From: Flammeovirgaceae bacterium UBA2366
Lineage (GTDB): Bacteria > Bacteroidota > Bacteroidia > Cytophagales > Cyclobacteriaceae
Assembly (NCBI GenBank): GCA_002344065.1
Contig: DDTK01000011.1
Location: 641,977-705,976, forward strand
Reading direction: 5' to 3'
Length of the DNA: 64,000 nucleotides
The stretch's first letter is position 1, and each line of letters starts with the position of its first letter. Positions 55,893 through 63,614 of the stretch are shown in pieces. The notes beneath the pieces are model-generated. The model was given only the letters and a program-made list of their open reading frames with translations. It searched no databases and was not told the origin of the DNA. The position numbers were made by a program, and so were the translations under genes.

Positions 55893-55924
55893 GAAAAATA
55901 AAAAACCCTGCTTACACAGGGTTT
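55893..55924 (-). terminator. Rho-independent terminator after the ABC ATPase gene
   Basis: On the minus strand: AACCCTG-TGTAAG-CAGGGTT followed by TTTTTTATTTTT. Confidence 0.75.
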
Positions 55925-55945
55925 AAAAATTTAAAAAGAGAAATA

Positions 55946-56635
55946 CTATATATGGAATTGCTCTTTAATATTCTCTGTTACCACTTTTCCATCGAACAGG
56001 TTCACAATACGGTGAGCATAGTTGGCATCGTAAGGCGAGTGCGTTACCATGATAATGGTTGTTCCTTCTTCATTTAATTGCGAAAGAAGCTTCATCACTT
56101 CTTCACCGTTGGCAGAATCCAGGTTACCAGTAGGTTCATCGGCAAGGATTACCTTTGGCTTGGCAACAATGGCACGTGAAATAGCCACACGCTGCTGCTG
56201 ACCACCGGAAAGTTGTTGCGGGAAGTGATTTCTGCGGTGCATAATGTTCATGCGCTCCAGCACTTCTTCAACACGTTGCTTGCGCTCAACTGCCGGAACT
56301 TTCATGTATAACAATGGAAGTTCAACATTTTCAAATACAGTAAGCTCATCAATCAGGTTAAAGCTTTGAAACACAAAACCGATGGAGCCCTTACGCAACT
56401 GCGCCCGTTGACGCTCAGAATATTTTGACACTTCATGCTCGCCAAAATGATATTCTCCGTTGGAGGGGTTATCGAGTAAACCAAGAATGTTCAGCAGGGT
56501 TGACTTTCCGCAACCGGAAGGACCCATAATGGCGACAAATTCGCCATCTTTTATTTCAAGGTTAATATTATTCAGTGCGGTTGTTTCTACTTCTTCAGTA
56601 GTGTATACCTTTTCAAGATTTTTTAATTTAATCAT
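55946..56635 (-). CDS. ABC transporter ATP-binding protein (MacB/LolD-type)
   Basis: 229 aa with Walker A GPSGCGKST, signature LSGGQQQRV and Walker B ILADEPTGNLD. Confidence 0.9.
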   Translation of the reverse strand: MIKLKNLEKVYTTEEVETTALNNINLEIKDGEFVAIMGPSGCGKSTLLNILGLLDNPSNGEYHFGEHEVSKYSERQRAQLRKGSIGFVFQSFNLIDELTVFENVELPLLYMKVPAVERKQRVEEVLERMNIMHRRNHFPQQLSGGQQQRVAISRAIVAKPKVILADEPTGNLDSANGEEVMKLLSQLNEEGTTIIMVTHSPYDANYAHRIVNLFDGKVVTENIKEQFHI

Positions 56636-56725
56636 GGTTTTGGCTATTTACGATTTATAGATGTTTTATGTAAGGAATTGGTTTCAAGTTTCTAAAACTC
56701 TTTTTTGTCTAAAAGGTTACATTTT

Positions 56726-56808
56726 GATTCAAGATTCAAAATTTGAGATTCAAGATTAATTTCGCTCATATTCATCTAATTCTGAATTTTGAACTTTGAA
56801 TTTTGAAT
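56726..56808. repeat. Inverted-repeat element with 7-bp periodic arms (GATTCAA... / TGAATTT TGAACTT TGAATTT TGAATTA)
   Basis: Read directly. Same family as 112-226 and 59713-59782. It lies inside the MFP-ATPase intergenic spacer and reaches the MFP stop codon. Confidence 0.6.
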
Positions 56809-58058
56809 TAATTTAAGACCAGCACTTCATTATTCCCAAAATTCTCATAGGAAGAGGTAATAATCCTGTCGCCAGGCTTTAGTCCTTCCAGTACTTCAAA
56901 GTGCTCGGTATTTTTTCTTCCCAGTTTGACGCTCCTTTTCACAGCGCGGTTACCATCAGCCTCAAGCACATACACCCAATTCCCGCCTGTATCTTTATAA
57001 AACCCACCTACCGGTAGTAATAATTCCTCTGAAGACTGACCTAATTCGATTCTCAACCTGAGTGACAATCCTCTGCGAATACCAGGAGGTGTTTCTCCGG
57101 TAAAATTCATATCCACCGGAAAGCGTCCGTTCAGTACATTGGGATACACGTAGGTAATCACCAGTCCGTAATCTTTACCGGCATAGTTGGTAGTAGCGCG
57201 TAATCCTTCTGAAATTCTGGGTAAATAAATCTCATCTATTTCAACTCTCACTTTATAGCTACCCACTACATCTACCTGACCAAGTCGTTGCCCCGGATTT
57301 ACGCTTTGCCCTACATCCAGTTGAGGTCGCGTAAGCTGACCTTCGATGGGTGCTCTCACCACCAGGTTATCCAGAATTTTTCCTACGTTTTCCAAACTTT
57401 GCAAAAGTTTCCGTTCACTTTGATCAAGCTGAACAATCTGTCTTAATCTATCCAATGAGTCTAACCGATATGCCTGATACGTGATTTCTTTGCGCTTAAG
57501 GTTAGCTAAATAATCCGCCTCAGTTCGTTCAAACTCCTGCTTTGCAATCAGTTGCTTATCAAAAAGTTGTTTCTGTCTTTCATACTGTGGTTTTAATGTA
57601 GCCAGTGCATTATCAATGGTAATTAAACTTTCCTGCTGGCGCAATGCATTCTGTGTAATCTGCAATCGTGTTTCACGAATCCGGTTAATACTTTGCGTCA
57701 GGTTAGATTCCTGGTCAAGGACGCTAATTTCGCGGTTAAGGTTGCTTAGCTCCAAAATAACATCGCCCGGCTTCAGCAAAGCACCACTTTCGGCCACCAC
57801 GCGCTTAATTGTGCCCCCTTCTACCGCGTCAAGATACACGGTGCGGCTTGGTTCAACCGTTCCGGTTTGTGGAATAAACTCCTGGAACACACCACGGCTA
57901 ACGGTTGAAATGGTAATCTTATCTTTTTCAACTTTTAACCTTGAACGCCTGTCGGCAAACAAAACCTGGTAGCCAACAAACACAACAAAAATTCCGATGC
58001 CACCAATGGTAGCAATTCGTTTCAAGGTCCAATTCTTCTTCTTTAACTGACGATCCAT
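56808..58058 (-). CDS. HlyD/MacA-type periplasmic adaptor (membrane fusion protein)
   Basis: 416 aa with an N-terminal TM, a long coiled-coil region, lipoyl/beta-barrel segments and a GDRIITS-type C-terminus. Confidence 0.85.
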   Translation of the reverse strand: MDRQLKKKNWTLKRIATIGGIGIFVVFVGYQVLFADRRSRLKVEKDKITISTVSRGVFQEFIPQTGTVEPSRTVYLDAVEGGTIKRVVAESGALLKPGDVILELSNLNREISVLDQESNLTQSINRIRETRLQITQNALRQQESLITIDNALATLKPQYERQKQLFDKQLIAKQEFERTEADYLANLKRKEITYQAYRLDSLDRLRQIVQLDQSERKLLQSLENVGKILDNLVVRAPIEGQLTRPQLDVGQSVNPGQRLGQVDVVGSYKVRVEIDEIYLPRISEGLRATTNYAGKDYGLVITYVYPNVLNGRFPVDMNFTGETPPGIRRGLSLRLRIELGQSSEELLLPVGGFYKDTGGNWVYVLEADGNRAVKRSVKLGRKNTEHFEVLEGLKPGDRIITSSYENFGNNEVLVLN

Positions 58059-58096
58059 TAATAAGGCTTAAAAAGTACTTGTTCGATCACCGTTTG

Positions 58097-58111
58097 CCAA
58101 CAAGCGTGCCA
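58097..58111 (-). promoter_or_regulatory. Sigma54-like promoter element TGGCAC-N5-TTGG upstream of the adaptor/ATPase genes
   Basis: The minus strand reads TGGCAC GCTTG TTGG (then CAAA), about 39 nt upstream of the ATG at 58058. Confidence 0.4.
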
Positions 58112-58178
58112 ACAGCCAGAAACCCTGAACCAGCAGGGTTTAGTAGCAAAAAAGAAGATTTATTCGTCCAGATGTGAA

Positions 58179-58203
58179 CGGACATGTCCGCATGCGGACA
58201 TAT
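58179..58203. promoter_or_regulatory. Overlapping perfect palindromes built from GGACAT half-sites; candidate enhancer-binding-protein site
   Basis: CGGACATGTCCG (58179-58190) overlaps GTCCGCATGCGGAC (58186-58199). A further ACGGACAT lies at ~58296-58303. Confidence 0.4.
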
Positions 58204-58264
58204 ATTTTCTTACCTTTAGAGGGGAATTGCCGTTTCCGCTTAATCTGAATCATAATGGGCTTTC

Positions 58265-58278
58265 GGTACCAACTTTGC
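58265..58278 (+). promoter_or_regulatory. Weak sigma54-like element GGTACC-N4-TTGC upstream of the regulator gene
   Basis: The GG (58265-58266)-N10-GC (58277-58278) spacing is correct. The ATG lies 38 nt downstream. The -24 box is degenerate (CGGTAC versus TGGCAC). Confidence 0.25.
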
Positions 58279-58315
58279 CAACAAACAGACCATTTACGGA
58301 CATAACTGCTCGACT

Positions 58316-59695
58316 ATGGAACAAAAGCATGGAAAGATTTTGATTGTTGATGACAATGAAGACTTGTTAAAAGCTGCCAAAATGTTTTTAAAGCGGCACT
58401 TCATTCAGGTAGATATAGAAAAAAACCCGGAGTCCATTCCCGCTTTAATGACACACGAAGATTACGATGTGATCCTACTCGACATGAACTTCACGAAAGA
58501 TGTAAGCAGCGGAAGTGAAGGGTATTACTGGCTGGAGAAAATTCTGGAATTGGACCCATCAGCTGTAGTTGTTCTTATTACAGCTTACGGGGATGTTCAG
58601 ATGGCCGTAAAGGCGATTAAAGCAGGCGCCACTGATTTTGTTTTAAAGCCCTGGGAAAATGAAAAACTGCTGGCTACGCTTTATTCCTCCATGCGTTTGC
58701 GCGAATCGCGCGATCAGGTAGAAACGCTGAAAATTCAAAACCAGGAAATCAACAAAGAACTGAATAACCGCTTCAGTGAAATCATCGGGCAAAGCCAGTC
58801 AATGCAACGCATTTTTCAAACTATAGACCGCGTAGCACAAACCGATGCCAACGTTTTGATATTGGGTGAAAATGGAACCGGTAAGGAAGTAATTGCACGG
58901 GCCATTCACCGCAATTCATCGCGTGCACGTGAGAATTTTGTAAGTGTGGATTTAGGATCCATTACCGAAACCCTTTTTGAAAGCGAGTTATTCGGTCATA
59001 AAAAAGGCGCATTTACTGATGCCAAGGAAGACCGGCCAGGCCGATTTGAATTAGCCAATGGAGGCACGCTATTTCTGGATGAAATCGGAAACCTTTCCAT
59101 GCCTTTGCAGGCAAAACTGCTCACTGTACTGCAAAATCGCAGAGTTAGTCGCGTTGGATCTAACAAAGAAACACCGGTTGACATCCGCTTGATTTGTGCA
59201 ACCAACATGCCGCTGTATGACATGGTAAAAGAAAACCGGTTCCGACAGGATTTGCTTTACCGAATCAATACTATTGAGGTTGAAATACCTCCGCTTCGCG
59301 AACGACTGGAGGACATACCACTACTCGCTAATCACTTTCTAAAACACTATGCCGAAAAGTATAGCAAAAATGTTATCAAAATAAGTGATGGCGCTGCTGC
59401 GCGCATGCACAAACATCCATGGCCAGGTAACATACGCGAACTGCAACACGCTATTGAACGTGCTGTCATTCTAAGCAATAGTCAGGTGTTACAACCCGAA
59501 GACTTTAACCTGACGGCTTCTTCTGCAAAAGAAGATGGGCAGCTAAGTCTGGAACAGTATAATCTTGAAGATGTGGAGAAGCTGTTGATCAGGAAAGTTC
59601 TGAAAAAACATAATGGCAACATCACGCAAGCTGCTTCAGAACTGGGCTTAACGCGGTCTTCACTGTACAGAAGATTAGAGAAACATGGACTTTAA
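58316..59695 (+). CDS. Sigma54-dependent response regulator (NtrC/AtoC-type enhancer-binding protein)
   Basis: 459 aa: receiver domain (DVILLDMNF), AAA+ domain (GENGTGKE, ESELFGH, GAFTDA loop) and a C-terminal Fis-type helix-turn-helix (NITQAASELGLTRSSLYRRL). Confidence 0.9.
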   Translation: MEQKHGKILIVDDNEDLLKAAKMFLKRHFIQVDIEKNPESIPALMTHEDYDVILLDMNFTKDVSSGSEGYYWLEKILELDPSAVVVLITAYGDVQMAVKAIKAGATDFVLKPWENEKLLATLYSSMRLRESRDQVETLKIQNQEINKELNNRFSEIIGQSQSMQRIFQTIDRVAQTDANVLILGENGTGKEVIARAIHRNSSRARENFVSVDLGSITETLFESELFGHKKGAFTDAKEDRPGRFELANGGTLFLDEIGNLSMPLQAKLLTVLQNRRVSRVGSNKETPVDIRLICATNMPLYDMVKENRFRQDLLYRINTIEVEIPPLRERLEDIPLLANHFLKHYAEKYSKNVIKISDGAAARMHKHPWPGNIRELQHAIERAVILSNSQVLQPEDFNLTASSAKEDGQLSLEQYNLEDVEKLLIRKVLKKHNGNITQAASELGLTRSSLYRRLEKHGL

Positions 59696-59712
59696 TTAAT
59701 TTATAAATATAT

Positions 59713-59782
59713 CAATTTGAAGATTTGAAAATGACTACATTAAAGCTATTAACCCATTTCAAAATACTCAAATTTTCAAATT
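59713..59782. repeat. Imperfect inverted repeat of the 7-bp-periodic TTGAA/TTCAA family
   Basis: CAATTTGAAGATTTGAAAATG ... CATTTCAAAATACTCAAATTTTCAAATT, between the regulator and kinase genes. Confidence 0.5.
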
Positions 59783-59785
59783 AAA

Positions 59786-61129
59786 ATGCTAAGCGACTTC
59801 CGGTCACGTGTCCTTCTTCGGGTTATACTAATCGGTTTATCGATTGCCCTGTTCATCTACATGCTCGGAAACGAGAACATGTTGTTTGCGGCTATCTTAA
59901 CCATCTTTATTATTATCCTTCAATTGGCAGAGCTTTTTCGCTTTGTCAGTCAGACCAACCGTAAACTCACGCGCTTCCTCGAATCGGTTAAATATTCCGA
60001 TTTTATTTCAGGTTTTACAGCCGACCATAAACTGGGTAAAAGCTTTAAAGATCTGAACATCGCTTTTAACGAAGTACTGGAGGCCTTTCGAAAAGCCCGT
60101 TCAGAAAAAGAAGAACACTGGCAATATTTGAACACAGTTGTTCAGCAAGTGCGTACCGGTATTTTGTCCTTTGATGCGGAGGGCAATATTCAATTAATCA
60201 ACGCTAATGCCCGAAAATTTATGAATGTACAGGCTATGCAGCGCATTCATGAATTGAAGGATAAAAACTCAAAACTCTATCACGCCATTATTGAAACCGA
60301 ATCCGGAAAGAGCAATCTATACAAAGGAAGCAATGAACTCTATCTAACCATTCAGGCAACAGAACTCAGGATACGTGGTAATGATGTACGGTTAATAACC
60401 CTACAAAATATCCAACCTGAATTACAAAAGCAGGAACTGGAGGCGTGGCAAAATCTAACCCGGGTATTGCGGCACGAAATCATGAATTCGATTACACCCA
60501 TTTCATCCCTTACATCAACGCTGAAGGATGTTTTGCGCTACGATTTACAGGAACGTGACGGGCACTATGAATTAAAAGCAGAGGGCGCAGCCGACTTAAA
60601 AGAGGGATTAGAGACTATCGAAAACCGAAGTAAAGGATTGATAAAATTTATTGATGCCTATCGTGAATATACTTCACTACCCAAGCCAAAGCTAAAATCA
60701 ATCCGGCTAAAAGATATGATTGAGAAGGTGGCTACCTTAATGAAACCGGAAATAAAAAGGAGCAACATCAATTTCAGATATTCCTGTTCTTCTGAATACC
60801 TGACTATTCAAGCCGATGAAGAAATGATTGAGCAGGTTTTAATTAACCTGTTAAAAAATGCCATTGAAGCCCTGGCTGAAACCGAAAATCCATCACTTGA
60901 ATTGCGGGGCGAATACGATGAGAGTTCAGTAAAAATAGTGGTGATTGACAATGGTGCCGGCATTATAAAAGAAGCTATTGATAAAATCTTTGTCCCCTTT
61001 TATACCACCAAACGAACCGGCTCCGGTATTGGCCTGAGCTTATCCCGTCAGATCATGCAAATGCATAATGGTTCTATCAGCGTGGAGTCAGCACCCGATG
61101 TTATGACCGTGTTTACGCTTAGATTTTAA
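59786..61129 (+). CDS. Sensor histidine kinase with two closely spaced TMs (no periplasmic domain), PAS-like region, HisKA and HATPase_c
   Basis: 447 aa. TM1 and TM2 are separated only by GNEN. H-box LRHEIMNSITPI, N-box LLKNAIEA, G-boxes DNGAGI / GSGIGLS. Confidence 0.85.
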   Translation: MLSDFRSRVLLRVILIGLSIALFIYMLGNENMLFAAILTIFIIILQLAELFRFVSQTNRKLTRFLESVKYSDFISGFTADHKLGKSFKDLNIAFNEVLEAFRKARSEKEEHWQYLNTVVQQVRTGILSFDAEGNIQLINANARKFMNVQAMQRIHELKDKNSKLYHAIIETESGKSNLYKGSNELYLTIQATELRIRGNDVRLITLQNIQPELQKQELEAWQNLTRVLRHEIMNSITPISSLTSTLKDVLRYDLQERDGHYELKAEGAADLKEGLETIENRSKGLIKFIDAYREYTSLPKPKLKSIRLKDMIEKVATLMKPEIKRSNINFRYSCSSEYLTIQADEEMIEQVLINLLKNAIEALAETENPSLELRGEYDESSVKIVVIDNGAGIIKEAIDKIFVPFYTTKRTGSGIGLSLSRQIMQMHNGSISVESAPDVMTVFTLRF

Positions 61130-61144
61130 GCAAAACAATAGCGA

Positions 61145-62161
61145 TTACTTTCTTACTCGTTTCACTGTCGATTTTTTCACATTAAAATATACTGATCCAG
61201 ACTCCTGTTTAACTCTTCCCATTCGCCCGCCCATGTTGGAGTATCTGAAATTACCTTCAACAGTCCCTGTAAGTGTACTTGCATCATCTAACACCACATT
61301 AAATTGTAATCTATACTCCCGAGATCCACTTAACTTGGTTATCACAACGGAACCACCGATGGCATTATAATCAGAGAATGTCTCGTAATCAACGTACTCA
61401 ATAATATCAAAGTAGTTTGTTCCGGTTGTCCCATAGGTAAATGTACCGGCTTGAAAGCCTGTAGTTCCTAGAGAAAATGCCTCGAAATAAAGTTCGTAGG
61501 TTTCATCGGTATCATAAATAATAAAGTCATAGTTATAATGCGTTCCGAATGAACCGTAATCCCTAATCTCACCAAAGTCGGCACTCCTACTGCTTCCATC
61601 AACCACAATATTTCCTGAAATATTAGGGGCACCTATATTAATGATTTCTATATCACCTGAATAGTTACCTTCAAGCTTTTTTCCTTCATTAGTGGTCACA
61701 TCAAATACAAAACTATACTTACTACCGGTAATCGTAACGGTTATTGTACCTCCCGTAATCTCAATCGGGTCTTTATTTTCATCGAAGAAAAATAATGTTC
61801 CATCTGTAAAAAGGTCTCCGGTGGGAATGGTTCCTGAGCCGTTATAATAGGTAAACGTTCCGCCTTGAAAATTTGCATTACCGGCTGAGTAAAGTTCAAG
61901 ATAAAGCCCAAACTCATAAACCGAATTGTTATCATCAGGATCAATCACCCGGTCAAAAAATAAAAAATCGGTATTGTTATACGTTATCGATCCTTGCTGA
62001 AAAGACCCGTAGTTTAAGCCAAAGGCAAATTCAAGTTTGTAATTTTTACCGTTATACCGTAAGGTGTTGACTGGAAATCCATCTTCATCTTTACTGCATG
62101 ACGAAACAAAGAACAGGGCGATTACCATCGCGCAAGTACTAATTTTAAAAAGGATTTTCAT
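61145..62161 (-). CDS. Hypothetical lipoprotein made of two homologous ~150-aa modules
   Basis: The preferred start is the ATG at 62161 (MKILFKISTCAMVIALFFVSSC lipobox). There is an internal duplication: YEFGLYLELYSAGNANFQGGTFTYYNGSGT...GGTITVTITGSKYSFVFDV versus YELYFEAFSLGTTGFQAGTFTYGTTGTNY...GGSVVITKLSGSREYRLQFNV. Confidence 0.6.
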   Translation of the reverse strand: MKILFKISTCAMVIALFFVSSCSKDEDGFPVNTLRYNGKNYKLEFAFGLNYGSFQQGSITYNNTDFLFFDRVIDPDDNNSVYEFGLYLELYSAGNANFQGGTFTYYNGSGTIPTGDLFTDGTLFFFDENKDPIEITGGTITVTITGSKYSFVFDVTTNEGKKLEGNYSGDIEIINIGAPNISGNIVVDGSSRSADFGEIRDYGSFGTHYNYDFIIYDTDETYELYFEAFSLGTTGFQAGTFTYGTTGTNYFDIIEYVDYETFSDYNAIGGSVVITKLSGSREYRLQFNVVLDDASTLTGTVEGNFRYSNMGGRMGRVKQESGSVYFNVKKSTVKRVRK

Positions 62162-62237
62162 TTTCGGGGGAGTTAAGACCTTTAAGGTAGGCAATTAATT
62201 TTGAATCACCCTGTTGGTTAGAAGCAGGATATAAGAA

Positions 62238-62732
62238 TTAACACAAATACTCATCCCACTCGTTTCCATGGTGGTCGGATAATTCTCTTAGAAAGAGCGA
62301 GTAGGTTGGTTTATGTGGTTTCTTATGTAGCGGCATACCGGCTTCTTCGGGGGTATAGTCACCTTTCTTTGCGTTGCACCTTTTACAGGCAGTCACCAGG
62401 TTTACCCAGGTGTGCTGCCCGCCTTTTGAACTTGGAATGATATGGTCTAATGTAAGGTCCTTCTTCGTACCACAATACTGGCACTCAAAATTATCGCGCT
62501 TAAAAATATTCTGCCGGGTAAGAGCCACGCCTTTGTAGGGTGCACGAACGTACCGGTTAAGCCGGATAACGGACGGCATAGGAAAAGTTTGCGTAACCGA
62601 ATGAAGCTTATGTCCATTGGCCGGACGAATCATTTCACTTTTGTTCAGGTATACCAGCAAAAAAGCACGCTGAACGGAGCAAACCATCAACGGACTAAAA
62701 TCCTGATTTAATACCAAAACCCTGCTATTCAT
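62238..62732 (-). CDS. HNH endonuclease family protein
   Basis: 164 aa with CQYCG...LTLDHIIPSSKGG...NLVTACKRCNAKK (HNH with zinc-binding Cys pairs). Confidence 0.8.
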   Translation of the reverse strand: MNSRVLVLNQDFSPLMVCSVQRAFLLVYLNKSEMIRPANGHKLHSVTQTFPMPSVIRLNRYVRAPYKGVALTRQNIFKRDNFECQYCGTKKDLTLDHIIPSSKGGQHTWVNLVTACKRCNAKKGDYTPEEAGMPLHKKPHKPTYSLFLRELSDHHGNEWDEYLC

Positions 62733-62812
62733 GCAGGTAAGTTAATGGCTATCCGCTTAGTATGCAAGATGGCGATTGCACCGGGCAGGAAAAACCGCAT
62801 TGAATTTTGTTC

Positions 62813-63610
62813 TTATTCCGAAAACATTCTTCGGATTCCCACCAATGAATGGGTATATATTTTTGTGTCCAGGTTCAGAATACCTTCCTCATTCAAATAA
62901 TCTATCCGCACCTTACCAAAAGCATGTATAATCTTATCCTTCTCCAGGAGTAAACCAACATGGTTGTTTGTATTGTTATTGCTTGTGAAAAAAATAAGGT
63001 CACCCGGCATAGCGTCAGCCAGGTTCTCAACTGACTTTCCTTGTCGGGATTGTTCCTCTATGGTACGACCCAGACGATAGCCACATATTTTATAAACCAT
63101 TTGTACAAGCCCGGAAGCATCAATACCAAAAGGATTTTTACCGCCCCATTGATAGGGCGCATTGAGGTATTTTAAGGCTACGTTTTTTAAAAATTCAACT
63201 TCCCGCTTTACCCCAAGGCTTTTGGAATCACCGTTAAAAGCAAACTGTTCTTCCATTTTAAATAACTCCGAACCTGAGATGGGAATTATGCTACCAATCA
63301 AAATCAGTAATGGACTTTTGTTATAGAGAATGCTGGACGTTAAGTCGGTGGCAATTTTAAAGTCAGCACGATTAATGTAATCATAATACTCTTTTGTTAC
63401 GGCATGGTGCTGATGAAGGTTAATCCAACCCTCGCATTGGTCATAATACATATATATACGAAGCCAGTTCCGATCCTTACTTACCTCATGCACTTCGTAA
63501 TGATCACCAAACAACAACTGACTTACCTGCTCTGCCTTATCAGAGGGTTCGGCTCGCATAGGCACCAGGCTCAACCGGCTTACACCGAAGTCAATATGAT
63601 TGCTGCTCAC
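62813..63610 (-). CDS. NlpC/P60 (C40) peptidase with an N-terminal SH3-like domain
   Basis: 265 aa. The C-terminal catalytic region has YQWGGKNPFGIDASGLV (Cys replaced in context by an 'DASG' variant) and NHVGLLL histidine. This is a typical dipeptidyl-peptidase VI-like layout. Confidence 0.7.
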   Translation of the reverse strand: MSSNHIDFGVSRLSLVPMRAEPSDKAEQVSQLLFGDHYEVHEVSKDRNWLRIYMYYDQCEGWINLHQHHAVTKEYYDYINRADFKIATDLTSSILYNKSPLLILIGSIIPISGSELFKMEEQFAFNGDSKSLGVKREVEFLKNVALKYLNAPYQWGGKNPFGIDASGLVQMVYKICGYRLGRTIEEQSRQGKSVENLADAMPGDLIFFTSNNNTNNHVGLLLEKDKIIHAFGKVRIDYLNEEGILNLDTKIYTHSLVGIRRMFSE

Positions 63611-63614
63611 CTGG

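Noticed and set aside
58121-58140. Hairpin AACCCTG-AACCAG-CAGGGTT, sharing its 7-bp stem sequence with the terminator at 55904-55923
   Set aside because: It has no T-tract on either strand and lies upstream of the promoter region. A shared 7-mer stem may be coincidence. It is not called as a terminator or repeat family on two copies alone.
62238-62732. HNH endonuclease as part of a defence or restriction system
   Set aside because: It is a stand-alone small HNH protein flanked by an NlpC/P60 peptidase gene and a lipoprotein gene. There is no methyltransferase, helicase, ATPase or other defence partner adjacent.
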